Positions 28,651-38,011 of a stretch of 64,000 nucleotides of DNA are shown piece by piece. This DNA comes from Theionarchaea archaeon. Its GTDB lineage: Archaea; Methanobacteriota_B; Thermococci; Methanofastidiosales; SZ-28-30. Below the pieces are notes generated by a model. It searched no databases. It was not told where the DNA came from and worked only from the letters and a program-made list of their open reading frames with translations. The DNA lies in contig JACVGT010000008.1 in the NCBI GenBank assembly GCA_018992685.1, positions 1 to 64,000 on the forward strand, given 5' to 3'. The first letter of the stretch is position 1; each line of letters opens with the position of its first letter. A program made the translations under genes and the position numbers.

Positions 28651-29154
28651 ATGGAAATGGAGAATGAACTGCGCGAAGTAGGCGAAGGGTTACTCATCGC
28701 GGTTGTCATCTACCTTATCATTCAAGCCTCCTTGATGGTCACCCTGGGGGTGGAGAGACCCCTGTATGTCGTGATATCAGGAAGTATGGAACCCACCTTT
28801 TATGAGGGGGACATTCTGGTCGTCAAGAGGGCAGATCCTTACACGCTGGAAGAAGGGGACATTATCGTGTTTGAATCTCCTTCCGGAGGAATACCCATCG
28901 TTCACCGGGTGTTTGAAGTTGAAACTAAAGACGGGGTGCCATATTACATTACCAAGGGAGATCATAACAATAGCCTGGATATATATTATCAGTTCAGCTA
29001 TCCCGGCGTTCCTCCTGAGCGTGTCATCGGAAAACCTGTTTTCAGGATACCCAAACTGGGCTGGGCACAGATCAAGCTGCGGGAACTATTCGTGTTTTTG
29101 AGAACAAGATTCAGAGAGCTGGGTGAAGTGATACGATGTCCTCAGATAGTATGA
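28651..29154 (+). CDS. Signal peptidase I, archaeal Sec11 type
   Basis: SGSMEP, GDII, IVHRV, TKGDHN. Confidence 0.92.
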   Translation: MEMENELREVGEGLLIAVVIYLIIQASLMVTLGVERPLYVVISGSMEPTFYEGDILVVKRADPYTLEEGDIIVFESPSGGIPIVHRVFEVETKDGVPYYITKGDHNNSLDIYYQFSYPGVPPERVIGKPVFRIPKLGWAQIKLRELFVFLRTRFRELGEVIRCPQIV

Positions 29155-29573
29155 AGAAAAACCTTACAGACGTGGCCGTAGCGTTGTGCATTTTCCTGGT
29201 GATCCAGGGAGCGCTCTATGGAGTGCTGGGGGTGTTCCCTCCGTACAGGGTGGTGAGCTCGGGAAGTATGGAACCCACCTATTACGAGGGAGACATCGTG
29301 TTTATCAAGCATGTTGACCCTCACGAGCTGCAAGTAGGAGACATCATTGTCTTCAATCCGAAAGGGGGAGGAATTCCCATTGTACACAGGGTCGCCGAGG
29401 TGGTAGAAGAAAATCAGACACGTTATTTTGTGACTCAGGGAGATCATAACGCGTTTCCTGATTCTTTTTATGCCCCACTTCCCGGTGTCCCAGAATCAGA
29501 AGTCGTTGGCACTCCGGTGCTGAAGATTCCCAAGATCGGGTACATCTCAGTGTTTTTCAGGAGACTGCTATGA
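29151..29573 (+). CDS. Signal peptidase I, archaeal Sec11 type (tandem paralog)
   Basis: SGSMEP, IVHRV, TQGDHN; ATGA overlap with the previous gene. Confidence 0.92.
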   Translation: MKKNLTDVAVALCIFLVIQGALYGVLGVFPPYRVVSSGSMEPTYYEGDIVFIKHVDPHELQVGDIIVFNPKGGGIPIVHRVAEVVEENQTRYFVTQGDHNAFPDSFYAPLPGVPESEVVGTPVLKIPKIGYISVFFRRLL

Positions 29574-29977
29574 GAGAGAAAAGGATAGCAGTGGCAGTCG
29601 ATGGAGTTGTCATTGAGGGTGGACGCATTCTGCTCATCAGGAGAGGGAAGGATCCATTCAGGGGATTCTGGGCCTTGCCTGGTGGGTTCGTGGAATATGG
29701 GGAATCCACAGAACATGCAGTAGTCAGGGAAGTGGAGGAGGAGACTGGACTTCTCTGCAGAATCGAGAGATTGCTGGGAGTCTATTCAGCCCCTGATCGG
29801 GATCCTCGGGGACACGTCATTTCTGTTGCCTATGTCTTGAGCGTCAAAGAGGAAAAGCCAACCCCAGGAGATGATTCAGCTGCTGCTACCTGGTTCAGTG
29901 CTGCTGAAGTGCCTGATAACATTGCTTTTGATCATCTGAATATCATTCGAGATGCTCTGACACTCAGGTCACTGTGA
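29570..29977 (+). CDS. NUDIX hydrolase (ADP-ribose pyrophosphatase-like)
   Basis: Nudix box GGFVEYGESTEHAVVREVEEETGL; RDPRGH; AFDH. Confidence 0.92.
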   Translation: MREKRIAVAVDGVVIEGGRILLIRRGKDPFRGFWALPGGFVEYGESTEHAVVREVEEETGLLCRIERLLGVYSAPDRDPRGHVISVAYVLSVKEEKPTPGDDSAAATWFSAAEVPDNIAFDHLNIIRDALTLRSL

Positions 29978-30478
29978 GCTTTTTACAGCAGAAATCACCT
30001 GTTTTGGCCTGTATGCCGTATCCACGAGAATGGTGGTTACAGGGTTGAAATTCTGTTGACGCAGAATCGGAACCAGTTCCCTGGCAGACAGGGGGAAAGG
30101 ATCCCATGAGGTGGGAGTTTTCTGGCAGTATTCGATGACAATGAGATGCCCCGTGGAATTGAGCACTCTGTAGGATTCCCTGACAAACGTGACGATCCTG
30201 GGATAGTAATGAAGCACATTTACGTAGAGAATTCCAGAAACTGCTTCATCTTTGAAAGGCAGGCACTGACAATCCCCCTGCACAGCACGTATGTCCGGGG
30301 GAAGAGTTTTCAGTACATGAAAGGCATTGTCAATCCCTATGACCGGGGCTGCTCCGAGAAAGGCCAGTGCCTCACTGTACACACCGTGTCCACATCCACA
30401 GTCGACCCACGCCCCTCTCACCGTGATGTCTGACGCTCTCAGGAAGGAGACTGCCTTCTTTATATAGTGCATTCTCAT
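29969..30478 (-). CDS. Class I SAM-dependent methyltransferase
   Basis: VDCGCGHG, GD...LPF, VLH, RVL..G. Confidence 0.88.
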   Translation of the reverse strand: MRMHYIKKAVSFLRASDITVRGAWVDCGCGHGVYSEALAFLGAAPVIGIDNAFHVLKTLPPDIRAVQGDCQCLPFKDEAVSGILYVNVLHYYPRIVTFVRESYRVLNSTGHLIVIEYCQKTPTSWDPFPLSARELVPILRQQNFNPVTTILVDTAYRPKQVISAVKSSQ

Positions 30479-30502
30479 GGTCTGACCTTGTTCAACAATG
30501 AA

Positions 30503-31468
30503 TTACTGGCGAATTCTTACGTGACGCAGAAGATAGAACCAAAGAAATCCTGCAGGGATGATACAGAACATCAGTTTAACCTCATTACTGATTGATTCCA
30601 CAAATGAGAAATATCCTTCAATGATGCCAGCAATGATCAGTAGGATGATAGCTCCTGCCACCAGTTGAGTTGCCTCTTTGCCTGCTGTACTGATTGATTC
30701 TGAACGGGACAACTGTCCGGGGTTCAAAACAGCATTTCCTAGTTTTAACCCGGCTCCTCCACAAATGAAGATTGCAGTCAGCTCGAGAATTCCATGAGGA
30801 AGGATATTGGCTGCCAGCGAGATGCCCAGTCCGTGCTCCACAAAGAACGCCGTGACAACTCCCATCATCAGCCCATTGATGACCAGATAAAAGATGGTCC
30901 CCAGCCCCAGGAGTATTCCACTTCCATAGGTTGCTATGCCTACCTGAGTATTGTTGGCAAAAATGGAGGAGGTGGCAATGGGAGCCACGAACATATTCAT
31001 GTTAGGGCCCGCACTTCCCCGGGAGGCTCGCTCCTCAAGAATATCCAGGGGGATAGGAGAAAGACCTGCGAAGAACTGCTTGTCAACTTGCCACCCCACA
31101 TACGTTAATGCCATGGTGGCCATGAACACCAGGAATGCGAGCCCTACAAATTTCGCATTACTGGCAAACAGCCCGGGGAAGGTTGTGGTGAAAAACTGCT
31201 TTATTCTTATGGAAGAAGCCTGACGGGTCCTGGCAAATTGAGAGTGAGACCTAGCCACCAGATTGTTCAGATACTCCTCAGCTCGGCTGTGTGGATAATA
31301 CGTGCGCACATATGCCAGATCTGCGCATCCCTGCCGATATAATCTCAAGAATGAATCCAGATCGTCACGGGACAGGGAGGAATAGCCCTTGCGTTTGATG
31401 TGCGATGAGAGCTGGTCAAGTTCTTCCCAGCGACCCTCACGGGAAGAAATGAATTCCTCATAATTCAT
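30503..31468 (-). CDS. Stage II sporulation protein M family membrane protein
   Basis: LYRQ..ADL, YLN.L, IFANN, ILPHGILEL, AGIIEG. Confidence 0.9.
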   Translation of the reverse strand: MNYEEFISSREGRWEELDQLSSHIKRKGYSSLSRDDLDSFLRLYRQGCADLAYVRTYYPHSRAEEYLNNLVARSHSQFARTRQASSIRIKQFFTTTFPGLFASNAKFVGLAFLVFMATMALTYVGWQVDKQFFAGLSPIPLDILEERASRGSAGPNMNMFVAPIATSSIFANNTQVGIATYGSGILLGLGTIFYLVINGLMMGVVTAFFVEHGLGISLAANILPHGILELTAIFICGGAGLKLGNAVLNPGQLSRSESISTAGKEATQLVAGAIILLIIAGIIEGYFSFVESISNEVKLMFCIIPAGFLWFYLLRHVRIRQ

Positions 31469-31704
31469 GGGGGCCCTATGGCACGATAGTATAAATGGTT
31501 TATTGAATCGCGAGGTATGGTGCTCACAAGTCCTTCACTCTACCAGGAAGGGTTCATTGACAGGACTGGTGACAGGAGGCCGCAGAAGCTTTCGGGCTCC
31601 ACGCAGGTACGTATCGGGCAAGAAGGCAGTATCCACCCCTGCCAGTGCCTCTGGATCGTTCTTCATATTCTTTCTCACCCCTGCCCCCTCCATTCACGCC
31701 CCGT

Positions 31705-32163
31705 TCAAGGAAAATCATATACTGCAATCACCACTACACAGCCATATTCATCACATTCGCCCTCTATCACTTTAAAATCAGGCTGAGAATTCCAGGTCCA
31801 GTCGCGGGCAGCAGCCATTTCCTTCAGTCCTGAAGCCAGGTTCGCCGTCACATCCTCCATGGTTTCTCCCCACCCCTCCAGGAGTATGCCCCCCTCCACG
31901 GACTGCATCCAGGCGAGACCGGCAGAAATCCGGGACGGGCCCTTGATGATCTTCCGCGCCATCACAACATATACAATGTCTCCGGGAATCCTGTTGCATC
32001 GATTGATGTACTCATGGGTTTTTTCAATCACAGCTCCCGGTGGAATCACAGAGGTCAAAGGGATCAAATTGAAGTTGTTTACTCCTGCTTCAGCCAGGGC
32101 AAGATCAAAACTACCTAAGGGAGTTGTTCCCTTCCCTGTACCCCAGACAATCTGTATGTTCAT
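31705..32163 (-). CDS. pdaD: Pyruvoyl-dependent arginine decarboxylase
   Basis: G.G.T.L.SFDLAL.EAGV.NFNLIPLTSVIPP. Confidence 0.85.
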   Translation of the reverse strand: MNIQIVWGTGKGTTPLGSFDLALAEAGVNNFNLIPLTSVIPPGAVIEKTHEYINRCNRIPGDIVYVVMARKIIKGPSRISAGLAWMQSVEGGILLEGWGETMEDVTANLASGLKEMAAARDWTWNSQPDFKVIEGECDEYGCVVVIAVYDFP

Positions 32164-32267
32164 AGTAGAGCAAGATGACTGAATCCTATAAGTATCTTTC
32201 TCACATATTGGAATCAATACCTTGAAACCAGGAAAACCTTTTTCAACAGCCCCCTCGTAACAGCCTC

Positions 32268-33017
32268 ATGGAAGACCATACCTTGTCTACAGCAGAGAAT
32301 GTCCCCGTATATTATGACATTGCTACGGCGGGTTCACGAGCCGTGGCCTTTCTCGTTGACTACAGTATCATCGTACTGGCCTCTCTCGCATTGATTTTGG
32401 TCACGGATGCCCTCGACCATTTCGGGCTCAGGGGGTTCTCTTCCTATGCTGTTGCACTGATCTACGTCGTGGTGGGAACATTGACCTGGGGATATTTTGT
32501 TGTCAGTGAGCTGGCACTGAACGGCAGCTCTATTGGAAAGAACATAATGGGGTTGCGAGTCATAAAAGAAGATGCAACTCCCATAGATGTTGTTGACTCT
32601 CTCACACGGAATTTTGTCAGATACATTGATTTATGGCCCGGTACATGCCTCGTGGGATTCACCGTGATGATGCTCAATGCGAAATCAAAGAGATTGGGGG
32701 ATTTTGCTGCAGGCACGATTGTAGTAAGAACGAGGTCAGTTGGTCTGGACAAGCTGGAACTTGGAGAATCATCCTACGACTACACAGTCAGCAGGAGTCC
32801 ATACCTCAGCCAGATCACCCCCGACGAATATCAGCTGATGAGAGAGTTTCTTGTGAGATATGAAAAGATCCCCATTCATAAGGCGTACATGATTGCAGCA
32901 AAAATCGCCTCTGAGATGGCAGAGAAGCTTCATCTAGAAGCTCCCAGAGGAATGGAGAATTGCATATTGTTCCTGAAAAGTTGCGCCAAGTACTACAGAC
33001 ACAAACCAAAAGTTTAA
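32268..33017 (+). CDS. RDD family protein
   Basis: A.AGSRAVAFLVD, GKNIMGLRV, RNFVR.ID, RLGDFAAGT. Confidence 0.9.
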   Translation: MEDHTLSTAENVPVYYDIATAGSRAVAFLVDYSIIVLASLALILVTDALDHFGLRGFSSYAVALIYVVVGTLTWGYFVVSELALNGSSIGKNIMGLRVIKEDATPIDVVDSLTRNFVRYIDLWPGTCLVGFTVMMLNAKSKRLGDFAAGTIVVRTRSVGLDKLELGESSYDYTVSRSPYLSQITPDEYQLMREFLVRYEKIPIHKAYMIAAKIASEMAEKLHLEAPRGMENCILFLKSCAKYYRHKPKV

Positions 33018-33041
33018 ATGGGATCGACGGTTTCCCTCTGT

Positions 33042-33989
33042 ATGGACCGCAATCAGTTTCTAAGACCCATGGGATTGGGTGAACTCCTTGATTCCTCTGT
33101 CAGATTGTACAGAAAGAACTTTCTCTTGCTGGTAATAGCCCAGCTTCCTTTGGCGGTGTTTTACCTCTTGCAGAATGCTTACAATTATTACACTGGTGCT
33201 GGAGGAAGTGGACTTTTGGAGATTTATGAGATATTCAATGATCCCCTTGGCTACACAGCTCCTCAGCAGGCTGCTCCCATATCAGCTTTTTGGAATTTTC
33301 TGATTGTCATGCTGTTCACCCTTTTTCAGATAGGGTTAATATACCCTCTGACTCTCTCTGCAGTTACCAAGGTCGCTTCTGACACCATCCTGGAGGGTGA
33401 AGCATCAGTGAAGAACGCTTACAGATACTCCTTGAAGAACTGGCTCAAACTAGGTGTAACCAATGTCATCTACACCATAGCTCTTATCGTCGTCCTGGCA
33501 GTGGCCGTGAGCATACCTGCAGTTGTAGTCATTTCAATTGTTGCATACGCAGCACTGTCTGGGGGCGCAGGATTCATGTCGGGATTAATTGTAGGCATCA
33601 TTGTAATACTAACGGGTTTTTTCATTGCTGGAATCGTGTGGGTCCGTCTGTCAGTGATGTATCCAATCATGGTCAATGAGAAGGTCTTCATTTTTGAAGC
33701 AATGAGCCGCAGCTGGAAATTGGTGGGAGGACACACCTTCCGTCTGTATGCAGCCTTGATAATAGTTTTCTTGATTCCTACTGTGCTACAGTCCTCCTCA
33801 CTTATCCTGGAAGGTCTGTTTAGCAGGTCGATGTATATGGTAATCATGGCGCTGGGCCTGCTAACTCAGGGAATACTGATTCCACTGGCAGACTGCACCC
33901 GAGTGTTGGCTTACTTCGACTTGCGAACGAGAAAAGAAGGATTCGATCTGGAGATGAGAACGCAGAACCTGTCACTGCCAGCAGAGTGA
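33042..33989 (+). CDS. Integral membrane protein (GDPD membrane-domain-like) of the MoxR/DUF58 cluster
   Basis: LRPMGLGELLD..., RSW.L, YFDLRTRKEGFDL. Confidence 0.75.
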   Translation: MDRNQFLRPMGLGELLDSSVRLYRKNFLLLVIAQLPLAVFYLLQNAYNYYTGAGGSGLLEIYEIFNDPLGYTAPQQAAPISAFWNFLIVMLFTLFQIGLIYPLTLSAVTKVASDTILEGEASVKNAYRYSLKNWLKLGVTNVIYTIALIVVLAVAVSIPAVVVISIVAYAALSGGAGFMSGLIVGIIVILTGFFIAGIVWVRLSVMYPIMVNEKVFIFEAMSRSWKLVGGHTFRLYAALIIVFLIPTVLQSSSLILEGLFSRSMYMVIMALGLLTQGILIPLADCTRVLAYFDLRTRKEGFDLEMRTQNLSLPAE

Positions 33990-34004
33990 TGAACTGCCCA
34001 TCAA

Positions 34005-34583
34005 ATGAGAACCCTGGAGGGGATACCCATGATAGTGTACAGTAGCCCGAGCCCAGAAGAGATTGAGGAAGACCTTGAGGAGATTCTGAGAGAACTTGGG
34101 TACATTAGGTCAGAGTACCCACCTACCGTTCCTCTCCCTGTATCCAAGGCAGTGCTGATCATTTTTGTTCTTGTTCTCATGCTTCTCCTGACGTATCTGG
34201 TGGTAACCTGGATTTCACGTCCCTCGGGAAAAGTCACTATCCCCCGGAAAAGAGAAGAAGAAATTCTGGTGAAAAAAAAGGATTACTATGGACTGTACAA
34301 GACAGCCCTGACCCTGGGATCTAGAAAGGAGTATGCAGAAGCAGTACGCATTCTATACATGGCACTCCTTGTGCTCCTAGACACTCAGAATGTAATTTCA
34401 TATCATCCATCTTTAACAAACTATGAGTACAGGCAGAAAGTTCATGCCTACGCTTTCAGTGGCCTCTTCAACAGGATGACCAGCATCTTTGACGTTGTAT
34501 ACTACGGTGGTACTCCTGCAACAGGACATGACTTTTCCCAGTGCGTGGAAGCTTTCACGCACATTCAGGAGGCGCTATCATGA
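34005..34583 (+). CDS. DUF4129 domain protein
   Basis: One TM; EAVR.LY...L, TNYEY, FD.VYYGG. Confidence 0.8.
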   Translation: MRTLEGIPMIVYSSPSPEEIEEDLEEILRELGYIRSEYPPTVPLPVSKAVLIIFVLVLMLLLTYLVVTWISRPSGKVTIPRKREEEILVKKKDYYGLYKTALTLGSRKEYAEAVRILYMALLVLLDTQNVISYHPSLTNYEYRQKVHAYAFSGLFNRMTSIFDVVYYGGTPATGHDFSQCVEAFTHIQEALS

Positions 34584-35506
34584 AGTGGGCACATGTTCTC
34601 ACACTCGTGGTGTTCGTGGTGGGAGTGGTGTCAGTGGCTGTCATTGCAGAACAAGTCAATCTCCCGCCTGCTCATTCTTCAAAAGACGCTGAAGAAATGG
34701 GAACCCTGGCCTTTTACCTGCTGATGGAAAAGTACACGGAAGTGGAACGAATTAAAGACACCATAGAAGCGTTGGATCCCGGAAGCCTCCTTCTGATCTA
34801 TCCTGTTCGACCCCTGGCTCCAGAAGAAAAGGAACATGTACTCACCTGGGTGAAGGAGGGGAACAGACTGATCATATTCACTGAATCGCCTGAAATAGCA
34901 GAGGATTTTGGAGTGAACATCACCCCAGCCGAGGACGGACTGGCCTCAATAACCCCCAATGATCACTGGTCAACCAGAGATGTCCACATGGTCAGGGTTC
35001 GCTATCAGCAGTCCATCGACACCGATGTCAATATCATCCTGGCTGATGCTGAGAATGTCCTGGCAGCAGAAATCCCATATGGATTGGGAGAAATCGTCGT
35101 CATCACTTGTACCTCACTGGTTGAAAATTATTCTATTGACCGGGCTGATAATGAGATATTCCTGGTCCGGCTATCCCTCTCTGAGAAAGTGTATTTTGAC
35201 GAGTACCACCTCTACCTGATTGATCAGTCAACGGGGATGACTCTCAGCAAGATCAAGACTGCATTTTCCTCCAGGTACAGCTCGTTTTTCATTCAATTGA
35301 TCATTACAATTACCATATTCATGGTGAGCTATGGTAAGCGATTTGGGAAGGCAAGACCATCTGTTACCAGGGGCGTACAGTCCTCGCAACTGGTGACTTC
35401 TGCAGCAGAACTGTACTACAGGGCACGGAAAAAGGAAATTCTGGATCTGATTGAAGCCCATTCCCCGCTTATTCACAGCAATAAAAACTCTGATATAAAG
35501 CCCTGA
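34580..35506 (+). CDS. DUF4350 domain protein
   Basis: N-terminal TM; GTLAFY.L, WV.EGN.L, G.GEIV, N..I...DN, FDEYH, RFG. Confidence 0.8.
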   Translation: MKWAHVLTLVVFVVGVVSVAVIAEQVNLPPAHSSKDAEEMGTLAFYLLMEKYTEVERIKDTIEALDPGSLLLIYPVRPLAPEEKEHVLTWVKEGNRLIIFTESPEIAEDFGVNITPAEDGLASITPNDHWSTRDVHMVRVRYQQSIDTDVNIILADAENVLAAEIPYGLGEIVVITCTSLVENYSIDRADNEIFLVRLSLSEKVYFDEYHLYLIDQSTGMTLSKIKTAFSSRYSSFFIQLIITITIFMVSYGKRFGKARPSVTRGVQSSQLVTSAAELYYRARKKEILDLIEAHSPLIHSNKNSDIKP

Positions 35507-35519
35507 GAGGTGAAAAAAA

Positions 35520-36461
35520 GTGTTTAATGATGTGGTAACCCAGATGAAAACGGAACTCCACAAAGTCATTGTGGGGTATGATTCACTTCTGGAATTGCTG
35601 TTGGTTTCCTTCTTCTCTTCTGGACACTGTCTCCTGGAAGGAGTGCCGGGGACAGCCAAGACCTTGATGGTGAGAGCGTTGTCCAAGATACTGAGTCTTG
35701 ATTTCTGTAGAATTCAGTTCACTCCGGATTTGATGCCTTCAGACATTATTGGAACCAATGTCTTTGACTTGGACACGGGGACATTCCACCTGAAGAAAGG
35801 TCCCATCTTCACCAATCTGCTCCTTGCCGATGAAATCAACAGGGCCCCTCCCAAGACACAGGCTGCTTTGCTGGAAGCCATGGAAGAACGACAGGTGACC
35901 ATAGATGGAGTGACGCATCCTCTTTGTGAGTTCATGGTATGTGCCACTCAGAACCCCATTGAGTACGAAGGAACCTATCCTCTACCTGAGGCGCAGCTGG
36001 ACCGGTTCATGATGAAATTGGCGGTCCCCTATCCTGACATCAAGGAAGAGGTTGACATACTCCAGCTCTATCAGACGGGGTTTGATGCACATAACTTGGA
36101 TGCCATCCACTTTGACTACCGTGTGGACCAGGAACAGATTGAGGCTATCAGGAAGGAGATCTTCCAGGTGAGAATTCAGCCTGAGGTCATGGAGTACATC
36201 ACCAGGATTGTCAGAGCCACCAGAGAGTCACCTCACGTTGTCCTGGGTGCCAGCCCTCGAGCATCTGTGGTGCTCTTCCAGACGGCAAAGAGTTTTACAG
36301 CCATGCAGGACGAACAATTCGTTACTCCTGATACTGTGAAACGGATGGCTTTTCCTGTGATGCGCCACCGGATTATTCTGAAACCTGAAGCTGAAATTGA
36401 AGGGTTGACAGCAGACCAAGTGATTGCAGAGTGCCTGGAAAAGGTGGAGGTGCCCCGGTAG
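35520..36461 (+). CDS. MoxR family AAA ATPase
   Basis: EGVPGTAKT, RIQFTPDLMPSD, DEINRAPPKTQ, TQNPIEYEGTYPLPEAQLDRF. Confidence 0.95.
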   Translation: MFNDVVTQMKTELHKVIVGYDSLLELLLVSFFSSGHCLLEGVPGTAKTLMVRALSKILSLDFCRIQFTPDLMPSDIIGTNVFDLDTGTFHLKKGPIFTNLLLADEINRAPPKTQAALLEAMEERQVTIDGVTHPLCEFMVCATQNPIEYEGTYPLPEAQLDRFMMKLAVPYPDIKEEVDILQLYQTGFDAHNLDAIHFDYRVDQEQIEAIRKEIFQVRIQPEVMEYITRIVRATRESPHVVLGASPRASVVLFQTAKSFTAMQDEQFVTPDTVKRMAFPVMRHRIILKPEAEIEGLTADQVIAECLEKVEVPR

Positions 36462-37744
36462 TGGTTCCTTCTTCTCGATGTGTAATCCTTTTTGCTCTGG
36501 GCTGTCTCGTGGCTGTACTAGGGAAGGCTCCATACTACAATGCTGTGGTCCTTGCCGTAATCATTACTGATTTTCTGATTTCATATAGACAGTCTTTCGT
36601 TCTAACGCGAGATTTTGACCCTGTCCTTTCCATTGGGGTGGAGAATCCAGTCTCCATAGGAGTGGAAAACAATTCACCAGCCCCCCTCCGTCTCCTCATA
36701 AAGGATGAGTACCCTACAGGATTTTCCAGCAGCTGTCCTGAACTCTCAACCACGATCCCTGCCTTTGAATCTGAGACTCTCAGGTATACGGTCACCCCCT
36801 ATAAACGAGGAGAATACCTGTTTGGAACCTGCTTTGTCCGGAGAAGAAGCAGGCTGGGACTGTGGCTTTTTGACGAGGCTGTTCCGATGAAAGAAGATGC
36901 CCGGGTCTATCCCAATGTCCAGATGGTAAGAAAGTATGATCTTCTGTCAAGAAAACAGATGTTGAACCTGGCCGGGATAAAGCCTTCCAGAATCTTTGGG
37001 CAGGGTACAGAATTTGAAATGCTCAGAGATTACCAGGTGGATGATGAGTACAGGGCGATAGACTGGAAGGCCACATCCAAGAAAGGAACACCTGTTTCCA
37101 GAGTGTACCAGGTGGAAAGAACTAAGAGAGTAGTGCTGATGCTGGACACGGGAAGAATCATGGGGGTCAATGTGGGGGATTTGACCAAACTGGAGCATGC
37201 TGTCAATTCTGCCCTGCTGGTCTCTTTTGTTGCCCTGCGACTGGGTGAACGGGTGGGGTTATGTACTTTCTCTTCAGAGATAAAAGAGTACATACCTCCG
37301 CAGGGAAGACAGATCCAGTTCCCAATCATCTTGAAAACACTATACAATGTTAAGGGTGATTCTTTTGAATCTGACTACAAGAAAGCCTTTGAGTTCGTGG
37401 CCTCTCAAAACAAGAAGAGGACCTTGGTGATTGTGTACACTGATTTGATTGAAAGCCATATTTCCAGAGGATTGATTCAGTACTCAGCAGCTCTTCAAAG
37501 AGCTCACCTTCCCATGGTGGTTGCAGTCAAGGATACAAACATAGCCCACATTGCCAATAGCATTCCCGGGTCGGAACGAGAACTGTACCAAAAGGCAGTG
37601 GCTCTGAGTCTGCTAAAAGAGAGGAAGAAGGCCATAGCCGAATTGACGAGAAGAGGAATGCGAGTGGTGGATGAACTCCCCGAGAATCTGACCATTTCCA
37701 CCTTAAACAAATACCTGGAGTTGAAACACACATACAGAATCTAA
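36461..37744 (+). CDS. DUF58 (vWA-like) domain protein
   Basis: GTEFE.LRDY...D..R.IDWKAT; LDTGR.M. Confidence 0.9.
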   Translation: MVPSSRCVILFALGCLVAVLGKAPYYNAVVLAVIITDFLISYRQSFVLTRDFDPVLSIGVENPVSIGVENNSPAPLRLLIKDEYPTGFSSSCPELSTTIPAFESETLRYTVTPYKRGEYLFGTCFVRRRSRLGLWLFDEAVPMKEDARVYPNVQMVRKYDLLSRKQMLNLAGIKPSRIFGQGTEFEMLRDYQVDDEYRAIDWKATSKKGTPVSRVYQVERTKRVVLMLDTGRIMGVNVGDLTKLEHAVNSALLVSFVALRLGERVGLCTFSSEIKEYIPPQGRQIQFPIILKTLYNVKGDSFESDYKKAFEFVASQNKKRTLVIVYTDLIESHISRGLIQYSAALQRAHLPMVVAVKDTNIAHIANSIPGSERELYQKAVALSLLKERKKAIAELTRRGMRVVDELPENLTISTLNKYLELKHTYRI

Positions 37745-38011
37745 TTTTGTGCCCTTTGCAGAAGACGCTTGTGACAAAATCCAGGAGAGAGGGATTGACA
37801 TTCGACCTTCCTCGGACTTCGGAATTCTGTTCCTGTTAAGAGCAGATGTAACTGCTTCACATGCTTCAGCCTGCTTCCTTAAACGTGCCGGGCGCTCACA
37901 GAATTCGGGGGAACCACTCTGTCACGTGTGGATTCACTGTGAAGCTCTTTGAAGATTCATCTAGCATTGCACCTACAGTAATCTATTTAAGATTTAGTTA
38001 GAAGAATTCCT

